Below are positions 47,294 through 56,527 of a stretch of DNA of 64,000 bases, one piece after another; within the stretch, counting starts at the first letter, position 1; each line of letters opens with the position of its first letter. Origin of the DNA: Clostridia bacterium (GTDB lineage: Bacteria > Bacillota > Clostridia > Oscillospirales > CAG-272); NCBI GenBank assembly GCA_017481595.1, contig JAFUOY010000017.1, positions 5,117-69,116 of the forward strand. The letters run 5' to 3'. Made by a program: the position numbers and the translations under genes. The notes under the pieces are model-generated. The model had not been told where the DNA came from, searched no databases, and saw nothing but the letters and a program-made list of their open reading frames with translations.

Positions 47294-47935
47294 TCAGAAG
47301 CCAAGCTCCTCGTTTACAAGAATTACAACGATCCTTTCGGGAATTGAGGAATATCTTGTGTAAACGGTATGTCCGCAAATGGTCTGTCCCGAGATAAGAC
47401 AGCTTTCACACTTGCCCTTTTCGGCGCAGGGAGTCTTTCTTGAAAGACGCTGCGCGTTTTTAACGCAGGCAATGGTCTTTATTCTCTCCATAGCGGACGC
47501 TTTGTCCTTAACTATCTTGTTCTTACCAACTACCATTACCACCTTGTCGGGACCGCATATCATAGCGCCGAGTCTGTTACCGTTGCCGTCAATGTTTACT
47601 ATCTCGCCGCTTTCACAAAGGGCATTTGCGCTCATTAAGAAAACATCGGATAAAAGAGCTCTGCGCTTTGCCTCGTGCTGCTCCTGTCTGGTAGGAAAGG
47701 CATAAGGGTCAAGGACGTTGTATTTTTCAATAGCGGAGTAGACGTCAATTTCGGAAAGAGTTCTTGATCCGCCAAAGGATATCTGCATTTCCTTTTCGGT
47801 CTTACCCTTTTTTGCCATTTCCTCGTCTATTACGGAAAGGACGGTACGTACCGCCTCCTCCTTGTTTTCCGCGTAATAGGGCTTAAACTGTCTTTTTTTA
47901 AGCTCCTCCATAAGGGAAGAAAAGATCTTATCCAT
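47294..47935 (-). CDS. LUD-domain (lactate utilization) protein
   Basis: SFGGSRTL, SANAL, NIDGNGNR, VGKNKIV, KTPC...C..C. Confidence 0.85.
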   Translation of the reverse strand: MDKIFSSLMEELKKRQFKPYYAENKEEAVRTVLSVIDEEMAKKGKTEKEMQISFGGSRTLSEIDVYSAIEKYNVLDPYAFPTRQEQHEAKRRALLSDVFLMSANALCESGEIVNIDGNGNRLGAMICGPDKVVMVVGKNKIVKDKASAMERIKTIACVKNAQRLSRKTPCAEKGKCESCLISGQTICGHTVYTRYSSIPERIVVILVNEELGF

Positions 47936-47936
47936 A

Positions 47937-48470
47937 TCAGTCCTCTTTATCGGAGATCTTAGCCGCAGCCTTACCGAAGATGAACAAGCGCTTCTTTGAC
48001 AAAAGCTGGAATGCGTTTATTACGAATACTACGAATACGCATACGCTCAATACCGCGTTGATAACGTAAATAATTCTTGAAAAGCTTGCGTAGTTTAAAG
48101 CGGACAATTTACCGTAGTTGTACAAAACCTCGGCAATTATAGAGGGAACGTTGAGAGTTGCCTTTATAACGATGAACGTACCGAGAGCAAGACCGTTTGC
48201 TGTAACCGTGTGCATAGCATCCTTACCTGATTTTGTAAATACTGCAACAGCTATTGCAATGGTACAGATCATAGCCGCGCCGTAGTTGCTGAGTGTCCAC
48301 ATTGCAAGAGCAAAAAGGGACAAAGCGGAAATAAGGATCTCACCCTTGTTCATTACAAGCTTGGGAGCCTCGGGAGCCTTTTCCTCCTCATAATCGTTAG
48401 TACCGTCAAGAAATGACTGTAAAGCCTTTTCCTCGTTGGTAGCTTCAACGTTTTTGTTTTCCTGATCCAT
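47937..48470 (-). CDS. Hypothetical membrane protein
   Basis: About 4 TM segments; AGGAG RBS; abuts the LUD gene. Confidence 0.7.
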   Translation of the reverse strand: MDQENKNVEATNEEKALQSFLDGTNDYEEEKAPEAPKLVMNKGEILISALSLFALAMWTLSNYGAAMICTIAIAVAVFTKSGKDAMHTVTANGLALGTFIVIKATLNVPSIIAEVLYNYGKLSALNYASFSRIIYVINAVLSVCVFVVFVINAFQLLSKKRLFIFGKAAAKISDKED

Positions 48471-48509
48471 TTTATTTCTCCTTTCTGAAATATGTAAAAT
48501 TTATATCAA

Positions 48510-49736
48510 TTAAAAATTGAACTTCACTACGTCAAGGGAGGGTCTTGTTTTGTACGCGCCCCTTGTAAAGTCGGGGATAGCCTTAGGCATACCGCCCTCC
48601 TTTATAGATTCCTCGGAAAGACAGGTTACCACCATCCAGGCAGCCGCGTCATATACGTCGATCGCCATTTCCTCTCCTGCCTTAAGTCTGTCTACAAAGT
48701 CGCGGAATTCGATATAGTCCATTCCGCCGTGACCTGCATCAAGCTGCTCCTGCGTGATATTGAACCAGCTGTCGGGAAGCATATCCTTAAACTGCTCCGC
48801 GGTGTTCTTATACTCGTCAAAATACTCAACGGGTGACCAAAATTCCTTCTGTCCGTCAAAATATACGGAGTTGGAGGTCTGCTCATACATACCCTTGGAG
48901 CCGCGAACGGTGAACTCTCGGTTATAAGAGCGGGGGAGAGATGTGTCAAGTCTTATAAGTATCTGCTCGCCGTTTTCGCAGGTGATAATTGTGTTAATAA
49001 TGTCACCCTGCGCGAATTTAACGCCGATAAGCTCGGGATTTATGTTGTCCTTGTTGTCCTCAACGTACTGCTCCATACCGCAGGAGCCCGATGCAACGGA
49101 TACCAAGGATACCATTCTGTTTCCTCTGTTGATGTTAAGTATCTTTGCAATGGGACCAAGCTCGTGGGTGGGATAGTTTTCACAGTTTCTCGTAAGATAA
49201 TTGCGGAGTCTGTAGTGTCTGTTTTCCTTGCCTCTCGTTACCTCGGAGCGAAGGTCGTGGGAATAAGAGCCCGAGCAATAGATGATCTTTCCGAAAAGAC
49301 CCTTTCTTGCAATAGCCGTAGCAAGAAGCTCGTCTCTGTTATAGCAGCAGTTTTCCATAAACATAAAGGGCACTCTTGTTCTTTCCCAAGTGTCAACCAG
49401 GTCAAAGCAGTCCTGTACGCTGTACGCGCCGCCAACCTCAAGGGCAACGGCAACTCCTGCGTTCATTGCGTCAATGGCGATGGGAATATGAAGCTCCCAG
49501 TCTGTGGAAATAAGCACCGCATCAAGTCCCTCAGTCTTAAGAAGCTCCTTGTAATCGGTGGTCATAAAGGGTGTATTACCCTTCTTTTCCTTTACCTTGT
49601 CAAAGGCACTTTGCGCGCGGTCCTCATATTTATCGCAAACGGCAATTACGTCAACGTCATCAAGGGAGAGAAGTATCTCCAAAAGTCCCCATCCTCTGCA
49701 TCCGTGGCCGATAAGACCCATTTTTACTCTATCCAT
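48510..49736 (-). CDS. Gfo/Idh/MocA family, GH109 alpha-N-acetylgalactosaminidase-like
   Basis: IGHGCRG, MENCCY, YSHDLR, YPTHELGP, GHGGMD, DVYDAAAW, PDFTRG. Confidence 0.88.
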   Translation of the reverse strand: MDRVKMGLIGHGCRGWGLLEILLSLDDVDVIAVCDKYEDRAQSAFDKVKEKKGNTPFMTTDYKELLKTEGLDAVLISTDWELHIPIAIDAMNAGVAVALEVGGAYSVQDCFDLVDTWERTRVPFMFMENCCYNRDELLATAIARKGLFGKIIYCSGSYSHDLRSEVTRGKENRHYRLRNYLTRNCENYPTHELGPIAKILNINRGNRMVSLVSVASGSCGMEQYVEDNKDNINPELIGVKFAQGDIINTIITCENGEQILIRLDTSLPRSYNREFTVRGSKGMYEQTSNSVYFDGQKEFWSPVEYFDEYKNTAEQFKDMLPDSWFNITQEQLDAGHGGMDYIEFRDFVDRLKAGEEMAIDVYDAAAWMVVTCLSEESIKEGGMPKAIPDFTRGAYKTRPSLDVVKFNF

Positions 49737-49887
49737 AATAATCTCCTGTCCTTATATATTATATTGTAAAGTAGATACCTTAAGTATAGCATAAGAAAAA
49801 GTGAAAATCAATAAACTATTGACAATTTGTTTTTGTGATGATAAAATAAATGTACAGATATATTTTTGAGAAAGGAAATCATATGTT

Positions 49888-50055
49888 ATGAAAAAGATAC
49901 TTGCATTTTTAATGATCGTTCTTATGGCGTTTACCTTCGTATCCTGCGATCTTGGCGAGGATGTTGGCGCTATGTACGACGAGATGGTTCAGGGCGGAGC
50001 AGAGGCTCTTGGCGACTTCTTGAAGGAAGATCCCACTTGGTCCACCGGCGCTTAA
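49888..50055 (+). CDS. Small lipoprotein (55 aa)
   Basis: Below the ORF-track cutoff: MKKILAFLMIVLMAFTFVS-C-DLGEDVGAMYDEMVQGGAEALGDFLKEDPTWSTGA; AAAGGA RBS; TTGACA/TAAAAT promoter. Confidence 0.8.
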   Translation: MKKILAFLMIVLMAFTFVSCDLGEDVGAMYDEMVQGGAEALGDFLKEDPTWSTGA

Positions 50056-50071
50056 CTTATGGGGTTGAATT

Positions 50072-51058
50072 ATGAAAAATAAAGCATTAAGAGTAACGGC
50101 AAGGGTCTTTGCCGTTATACTTGCAATAGTATTCTTTTTGCTTTTCGCCATTTATTTCGGCGAAAAGGTGTTCTTTGCGCGCTTCTTTATGGATGCGGAC
50201 GCGGAGATGAAAACCCCCGGTCTTTCCGACGGCTACGTGCCTCAGGGCTTTGACTACGTGGGTGAAAAATCCGTATTTCTTACAAGTGGATATATGAAGG
50301 ACGGCAGCGCCTCCCGAGTGTATGTTATCAGCGAGGAATCAAGAAAGGTCATGTTCTTTGTTGAGCTTAAGGAGCAGGACGGCAGCGACCATACGGGTCA
50401 CACGGGCGGTATTGCCTACTACGGTAATTACGTTTACATTCCCGGCTCCGACGGCTGCGATATCTTTCTTATGTCCGACCTTTTTGACGGGGACTCCAAG
50501 CTTACCAAGTGCGGCGAGATAAAAACAGGTAACGATCCCGCTTACTGTAAGGTATTTGACGGCAAGCTTTACGCAGGCGCGTTTTTCTATCCCGAGGGTG
50601 GATATTCCACTCCCGACTCACATCACCTTACCACTCCGTCAGGAGATAAAAACTCGGCTGTCATAACAGTATTTGAGCTTGATAAAGCAACGGGAAATGC
50701 AAAAAACCCCACCCCTGTGGGCGTAATTTCAACTACTGACAAGGTTCAGGGTATGACAATGACGGATAAGGGCAACATTATTTTGTCCACGTCCTGGGGT
50801 CTTACAATATCTCACCTGTATGAGTACAACACCAAGATCGCTTCCACGGGTGAGTTTGATTTTAACGGTACAAAGGTGCCTCTTACGTATCTTGACTCAA
50901 AATGTCTTGTGCGTGATGTAAAAGCGCCTCCTATGGCAGAGGAAATTATATATATGCCCGACGGCGAGGTATACATAATGAATGAGTCCGCTTGTACAAA
51001 GTACATATTCGGTAATTTTACCTCGGGACGTCGCGTATACTCCTACGAGCTTGACTAA
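50072..51058 (+). CDS. Membrane-anchored extracellular protein, probable beta-propeller
   Basis: N-terminal TM; VPQG, GHTGGIA, KVQG, PPMAEE repeat-like blades. Confidence 0.7.
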   Translation: MKNKALRVTARVFAVILAIVFFLLFAIYFGEKVFFARFFMDADAEMKTPGLSDGYVPQGFDYVGEKSVFLTSGYMKDGSASRVYVISEESRKVMFFVELKEQDGSDHTGHTGGIAYYGNYVYIPGSDGCDIFLMSDLFDGDSKLTKCGEIKTGNDPAYCKVFDGKLYAGAFFYPEGGYSTPDSHHLTTPSGDKNSAVITVFELDKATGNAKNPTPVGVISTTDKVQGMTMTDKGNIILSTSWGLTISHLYEYNTKIASTGEFDFNGTKVPLTYLDSKCLVRDVKAPPMAEEIIYMPDGEVYIMNESACTKYIFGNFTSGRRVYSYELD

Positions 51059-51408
51059 GGGCATCACAAAAATAATATACGGACCTGTTTTACAGACACA
51101 GGTCCGTACTTTTTTTGTTAAAAACCCTTTCATGTGTGTGAATCTTGAGCAAAAACAGTATCTTTATGGCGTCTTGGCGTTTGTTGTCTTGCCAAAACAT
51201 AGTGAAATATTATTTAAGTAAAATTAAAGTACGTATGGTAGATTTTGAGATGAAGTAAAGCATATTTGACCCTAAGTTTATGCATTATTTACAAAAAATA
51301 TGCAAAAAGACAAAAATTTTAGTAATAATTCTGTTGATTTATTTTAAAATATATGCTATACTTTAAAAGTCTACAAAATCGTATGATACAAAACAGAAAG
51401 GAAAAATA

Positions 51409-52359
51409 ATGGTAGAAATTAAAAATCTCGTTAAAAAATACGGAAACAAGTATGCTCTTGACGATATTTCTTTTACTATAAACAGCGGAGAGATCGTTGG
51501 CTTCCTCGGTCCTAACGGTGCGGGCAAGTCTACGACTATGAACATTGTTACAGGTTACCTTGCTTCAACGTCCGGTACCGTTGTTGTTGACGGTAAAGAC
51601 ATTTTGGAAAATGCTCTTGAGGCGAAGAAGCTTATCGGATACCTTCCCGAGCAGCCTCCGCTTTACGTGGATATGACAGTTCAGGAATATCTTGATTTCG
51701 TATTTGAGCTTAAGGGCTGCACCCTTAACAAGGCAAAGCATATTGATGAAATATGCACCATCACAAAGATAACAAGCGTAAGAGAAAGACTTATCAAGAA
51801 TCTTTCCAAGGGCTATAAGCAGAGAGTAGGTATTGCTCAGGCGCTTATCGGAAACCCTCCCATCATTATCTTTGACGAGCCTACGGTTGGTCTTGACCCC
51901 AAGCAGATAATCGAGGTGCGTAACCTTATAAGAAATCTCGGTAAAACACATACCGTAATTCTTTCCACTCATATTCTTTCCGAGGTACAGTCCGTATGTA
52001 ACAGAATCGTCGTTATTAACAACGGTAAGATCGTTGCCGACGAAAAGACTGAAAACCTTACTAAGACCATTACGGAAAATCTCCGTTACAGAGTTAAGGT
52101 ATCAGGACCTCAGAGAGAGGTTACTCAGGCGCTTCGCACAATTCCCGGTATCGTAAATGTAGAGGCTCTTAACGAGCGTGATGCCGACGCATTCGTTTAC
52201 ATAGTTGAGGGCGCGCCCAACGTTGATATCAGAAAGAAGCTCTTCAGAACTCTCGCTGCCAAGGATTGGCCTATGCTCGGTCTTGAGGCTGTGGGTACTG
52301 ACCTTGAGGACATCTTTATCAGACTTACTGACAAAACAGGAAAGAAGAAAGGAGAATAA
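51409..52359 (+). CDS. ABC transporter ATP-binding protein (GldA-like)
   Basis: GPNGAGKS, LSKGYKQR, FDEPTVGLDP, STH. Confidence 0.93.
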   Translation: MVEIKNLVKKYGNKYALDDISFTINSGEIVGFLGPNGAGKSTTMNIVTGYLASTSGTVVVDGKDILENALEAKKLIGYLPEQPPLYVDMTVQEYLDFVFELKGCTLNKAKHIDEICTITKITSVRERLIKNLSKGYKQRVGIAQALIGNPPIIIFDEPTVGLDPKQIIEVRNLIRNLGKTHTVILSTHILSEVQSVCNRIVVINNGKIVADEKTENLTKTITENLRYRVKVSGPQREVTQALRTIPGIVNVEALNERDADAFVYIVEGAPNVDIRKKLFRTLAAKDWPMLGLEAVGTDLEDIFIRLTDKTGKKKGE

Positions 52360-52364
52360 TAGAT

Positions 52365-53096
52365 ATGTTGGCAATTTTCAAACGTGAATTGCGTTCATAC
52401 TTCACAACAGCCACAGGATATATTTTCCTTGCCATTTCTTTGGCTCTTTTCGGAGCTATCCTCGGCGCTACCACCCTTATGAACGCCACATCATCCACAG
52501 GCACATACTTCATTTTGGTGCTTATCATTCTTGCAATGATACTTCCCATCCTTACTATGAAATCCTTCAGTGAGGAGAAGAGAACAAAGACAGAGCAGCT
52601 TTTGCTTACAGCTCCCGTTTCCATTCCCAGAATGGTGCTTGGTAAATACCTTGCGGCTCTTACAATGTACGTTATCGTAGTTCTTGCTTCCATGCTTAAC
52701 TACATTCCTCTTTATACGTACACAGTAAAGGATGCGCTCAGCTCAACAATGCCTCCCAACTTCGTAATGATCCTTGGCAGCACTATCGCTATCCTTCTCG
52801 TAGGTATGAGCTTTATCGCTATCGGTATGTTCGTTTCCTCCCTTACGGAAAACCAGTTTGCCGCCGTTGTTATTACCTTTGGTATTCTTGCAGCATTGCT
52901 TTGCATCACTATATTCAACGGATATATAAGCTCCGCTGCTATCAGACTCATTCTTGACTGGTTCAGCATCTACAACAGATTCTACAATTTCACATACGGC
53001 TTGTTTGACTTTGGAGCGCTTATTTACTATCTCTCCGTATCAGGCGTGTTCGTTTTCCTCACTATCCGTGTGTTTGAGTCACGCAGATATCGCTAA
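52365..53096 (+). CDS. ABC-2 permease (GldF-like)
   Basis: KRELRSYF, TMKSFSEEKRTKTEQLLLTAP, SSLTENQ. Confidence 0.88.
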   Translation: MLAIFKRELRSYFTTATGYIFLAISLALFGAILGATTLMNATSSTGTYFILVLIILAMILPILTMKSFSEEKRTKTEQLLLTAPVSIPRMVLGKYLAALTMYVIVVLASMLNYIPLYTYTVKDALSSTMPPNFVMILGSTIAILLVGMSFIAIGMFVSSLTENQFAAVVITFGILAALLCITIFNGYISSAAIRLILDWFSIYNRFYNFTYGLFDFGALIYYLSVSGVFVFLTIRVFESRRYR

Positions 53097-53113
53097 TTGA
53101 AAGGAGAGAAAAA

Positions 53114-54742
53114 ATGAAAAAAGGATTTTTAAAGTCGCTTTCCGACTCAAAAAACGTTAAATACACAAGTATAAACATCGCCTTCTGCGCTATCGTTATT
53201 GCAATCGTAATGGTGCTTAACGGTATGGTAACTATTTTCTCTGAAAAGTACAAATGGCAGCTCGATATGACTGATGAAGGACTCTTCACAATGTCAGAGC
53301 AGATGGAAACTGCCGTTAAGGAGCTGTTTGATAAGAGAGATGTCGAGATCGAGATCATCTTTGCAAAGGATAAGGATGAGATCAGCGACAAGTTTGAGAT
53401 CAGCAGCACATCAGGCGCTATCGGCTACGTACACGCTACTGCAGAGCAGCTCAGCCTTAAGTTCCCTGATAACGTTACTCTCAGCTACCACGATATCGAA
53501 GAGGAATATACCTTCTTCAAGAACAATTTCTATTCTGATTCAGGTACGTCCCTCAGCCAGAACGTAGTTATAATTGCAAGAAAGAATGCTGACGGTACCT
53601 ACGGTGAGTACAGAGTATTCCACTACAATGCATTTTACGGCAGTGATTCATCAGGCAACCTTTACGCATATAACGGAGAAATGCTCTTTACGTCCTCTAT
53701 GCTCGGTCTTGCTCTTGATGAAAGCCCCTCAGTTTATTTCACATGGCAGCACGGTGAAACCTCCTTCAAGTCCTGGACTGACAAGAGTGAGCCCATTGAC
53801 TACCTTACCATCGAAACGTCAGAAGACATCAATGCTGACGCAAGAGAGCTTATAAGAATCTTTGCTCAGAGCGGATTTGATGTTAAGCCCATTGACCTTG
53901 CAACTGAGGCAATTCCCGATGATGCAAGATGTATCGTTATCAACAAGCCTAAGTATGACTTCTCCGAGGCTGAAACAAAGAAGCTCATTGATTACTTCAA
54001 GGACTCCGGTACTATATTCTGCTTCACAGAGTACAATATCGACCTTCCCAACCTTTACGAGTGCGCTGAGGCAAACTTCGGTGTAACCGTTAAGCCTCTT
54101 GGCGTAACAGAAAATCCCATCAAGGACCCCGCAACGGTTCTTGCTAACAGCACCCCCTACACTATCAGAGCATTCGTTCCTGATAACAGAGCTACTAACA
54201 ACTATTTCAGAACTATTAAGGATATTGCATCCGCTAAGGCTATCATCACTAACGCAAACGTAATTGAGATTGAAGAAAAATACCTTAGTGACAGCGGATA
54301 TGAGGAGGGTGAATTCGGTAAGTTTGTTAAGCCCTTGCTCGTTACAAGTGAAACTGCTGAGCTTAACGGTAAGGCAGGTATTTATAACCTTGTTACCTTG
54401 ACCGCTGCCGCAGAGACCGATATAAACGGCTCATTTAACGGAGTTGCAAAGGAAAAATATTCTTACTTCCTTATGTGTCCCAATGACGGCTTTACCTCCA
54501 ATCAGAATCTTCTCAGCGGCGCTAACGCAAACAGAGATATGATGATGGCATTGGTATACACCCTTGCCGCTAAGGAGGATACCACATCCCTTGTTGACAT
54601 TGACTTTAAGGTATTTGTCAACTACAGCCTTGATATCACAGCAAGAGAGGCTAATATCGTAACTGTTGTTATATCCACAGTTCTTCCTCTTGTATTCGCT
54701 ATCACAGGAGCTGTAATTATTCGCAGGAGAAAACTCAGATGA
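53114..54742 (+). CDS. GldG-family ABC auxiliary protein
   Basis: LDMTDEGLFTMS, YNGE, QHGE, PKYDFS; C-terminal TM then RRRK. Confidence 0.82.
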   Translation: MKKGFLKSLSDSKNVKYTSINIAFCAIVIAIVMVLNGMVTIFSEKYKWQLDMTDEGLFTMSEQMETAVKELFDKRDVEIEIIFAKDKDEISDKFEISSTSGAIGYVHATAEQLSLKFPDNVTLSYHDIEEEYTFFKNNFYSDSGTSLSQNVVIIARKNADGTYGEYRVFHYNAFYGSDSSGNLYAYNGEMLFTSSMLGLALDESPSVYFTWQHGETSFKSWTDKSEPIDYLTIETSEDINADARELIRIFAQSGFDVKPIDLATEAIPDDARCIVINKPKYDFSEAETKKLIDYFKDSGTIFCFTEYNIDLPNLYECAEANFGVTVKPLGVTENPIKDPATVLANSTPYTIRAFVPDNRATNNYFRTIKDIASAKAIITNANVIEIEEKYLSDSGYEEGEFGKFVKPLLVTSETAELNGKAGIYNLVTLTAAAETDINGSFNGVAKEKYSYFLMCPNDGFTSNQNLLSGANANRDMMMALVYTLAAKEDTTSLVDIDFKVFVNYSLDITAREANIVTVVISTVLPLVFAITGAVIIRRRKLR

Positions 54743-56445
54743 CAAAAAACAAGAAAATTATTATTACCTTGGCAGTAATGCTTATCGCTCTTATAGCGCT
54801 GGTAGTGGTTTATTTTGCAGTTGTTCTTCCCCTTCTTGAGGATGATACGGAATCTCCCGTGCCTCAGGACGGAGAGGGACTCTTCAACAATAAGCTCACT
54901 CTTTACGAGCCCGTAACCGAGGATCAGCTTATTTCCCTTAAAGTAAAAAATGCCAAGGATGAATACACCTTTAAAAGGGTAAAGGGAAGTGACGGAAAAT
55001 ATAAGACCGTTGTGGACGGATACGAAAGCCTTGCCTTTGACGAGACCTTCTACGCGTATCTCAGAACTCACGCCCTTACTCCTCTTACCGTTGAAAATCA
55101 GGTATACAGAAATTGCTCCGAGGAGAAAATGATCGAGTACGGAGTAACGGATGAGACCTGCCAGGCTATCCTTACGGTAAAGTTTACAAACAGCAAGGGC
55201 GAGGTTGAAACTCACGTAATGAGAATCGGTCACCTTGCATTTACAGGTAACCCCTCTTACTACGTTTCCATTGATGACAGACCCCACGTGTACAGATTCT
55301 CCTCCACGGCAGAATCTACACTTTATGCACTTGCAGAGTATATATCTCCTATCATCAACGTAGGATACGATACCTCCTCAGATGCTATGGTAGATATCAC
55401 AAGATTCTACATTGCAAAGGGACCTCTTAACGATCTTAAGAGATTCGTTGTTCTTACAGCTGAGCGCTATCTTGATTCTCAGGGCATTTACAGCACGGAG
55501 TACTATTACCATGTTCTCAATGATGAAGGAGTTGGTATAAAGAGCACAAGAGCGGATCATGAATACGTTCTTAACTCAATTGCCATCTTCTATACTCAGT
55601 TCCTTGGTGACGTCGTTATAAAGATAGATCCCGATGAGGAAACTCTTACAAAATACGGCGTTGGTTCCGATAGCGAGGGTTATTTCGTATACGCGCAGAA
55701 CGTAGAGGGCAAGGATCTTCCTTCCTTCTTTATCAGTAAGCCTATTTATGATGAGGAATTGAAGCAGAACTTCTACTATACCTTGACATCCCAGGGTGAT
55801 ATCAAGCTTCTTGTAAGAATTCCCGAAAGCGCTTTTGTTCCTCAGAATCAGTATAAGGACGTTGAGTCTGTTGTATTGGATGAAACAAAGGTTATTAACT
55901 GGGCTGCCACAAATACACTTGGCGTAGGATTTAACCAGGCTATTAAGGGCGACGGAGTTAAGTACCAGGGTGTAAAGAGCGTTACTATCAAGCTCCCCAC
56001 ATCCGTATACCAGTACGGTGAGGAGACCTTCTACATCAATTACGTAAATGACGTACTTAAGGTAACTACGAAGAGCGGCAGATATAAGGATGAAAGCAAT
56101 GATACCATCAAGCCCTTTAACCAGTTCTACTACACTCTCGTTTCTTACCCCTTGGCATCAAGATTCAATTCTCTCAATGATGCAGAGCTGGAGGCTATTA
56201 TTTCAAATCCTGCAAATCACCTTTACACCATCGAGGCAGAGCTTAATCCGGCAGAGGGTGAAGCTGCAGGTATCGTAGAAAGATACTCATACTACAGGCT
56301 CAGTACAGAGTACGTTATTATATACCGTACAGAGGGAACTTACGTAAACGGTGTGTTCGTTGAAACCGAAGCATCTGCAAAACGCGGTTTTTCAAGAAAT
56401 ACAATATTTGATACAGTAAGAAGCCAGGTTACCGACTATATCTAA
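54739..56445 (+). CDS. DUF4340-like membrane-anchored protein
   Basis: N-terminal TM; duplicated (E/K)YGV...IG..YY modules; fourth gene of the Gld-like operon. Confidence 0.7.
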   Translation: MTKNKKIIITLAVMLIALIALVVVYFAVVLPLLEDDTESPVPQDGEGLFNNKLTLYEPVTEDQLISLKVKNAKDEYTFKRVKGSDGKYKTVVDGYESLAFDETFYAYLRTHALTPLTVENQVYRNCSEEKMIEYGVTDETCQAILTVKFTNSKGEVETHVMRIGHLAFTGNPSYYVSIDDRPHVYRFSSTAESTLYALAEYISPIINVGYDTSSDAMVDITRFYIAKGPLNDLKRFVVLTAERYLDSQGIYSTEYYYHVLNDEGVGIKSTRADHEYVLNSIAIFYTQFLGDVVIKIDPDEETLTKYGVGSDSEGYFVYAQNVEGKDLPSFFISKPIYDEELKQNFYYTLTSQGDIKLLVRIPESAFVPQNQYKDVESVVLDETKVINWAATNTLGVGFNQAIKGDGVKYQGVKSVTIKLPTSVYQYGEETFYINYVNDVLKVTTKSGRYKDESNDTIKPFNQFYYTLVSYPLASRFNSLNDAELEAIISNPANHLYTIEAELNPAEGEAAGIVERYSYYRLSTEYVIIYRTEGTYVNGVFVETEASAKRGFSRNTIFDTVRSQVTDYI

Positions 56446-56527
56446 AGGGATTTCCTTGCTCTTATGGAAGGAAAGCTTGAAACCATTCAGTAATAAAGCA
56501 ACATATCATTTATATAGGAGAAATAAA

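Noticed and set aside
56443-56445. Stop-codon reassignment
   Set aside because: TAA, TAG and TGA all terminate conserved genes normally elsewhere in the window; this is a single case.
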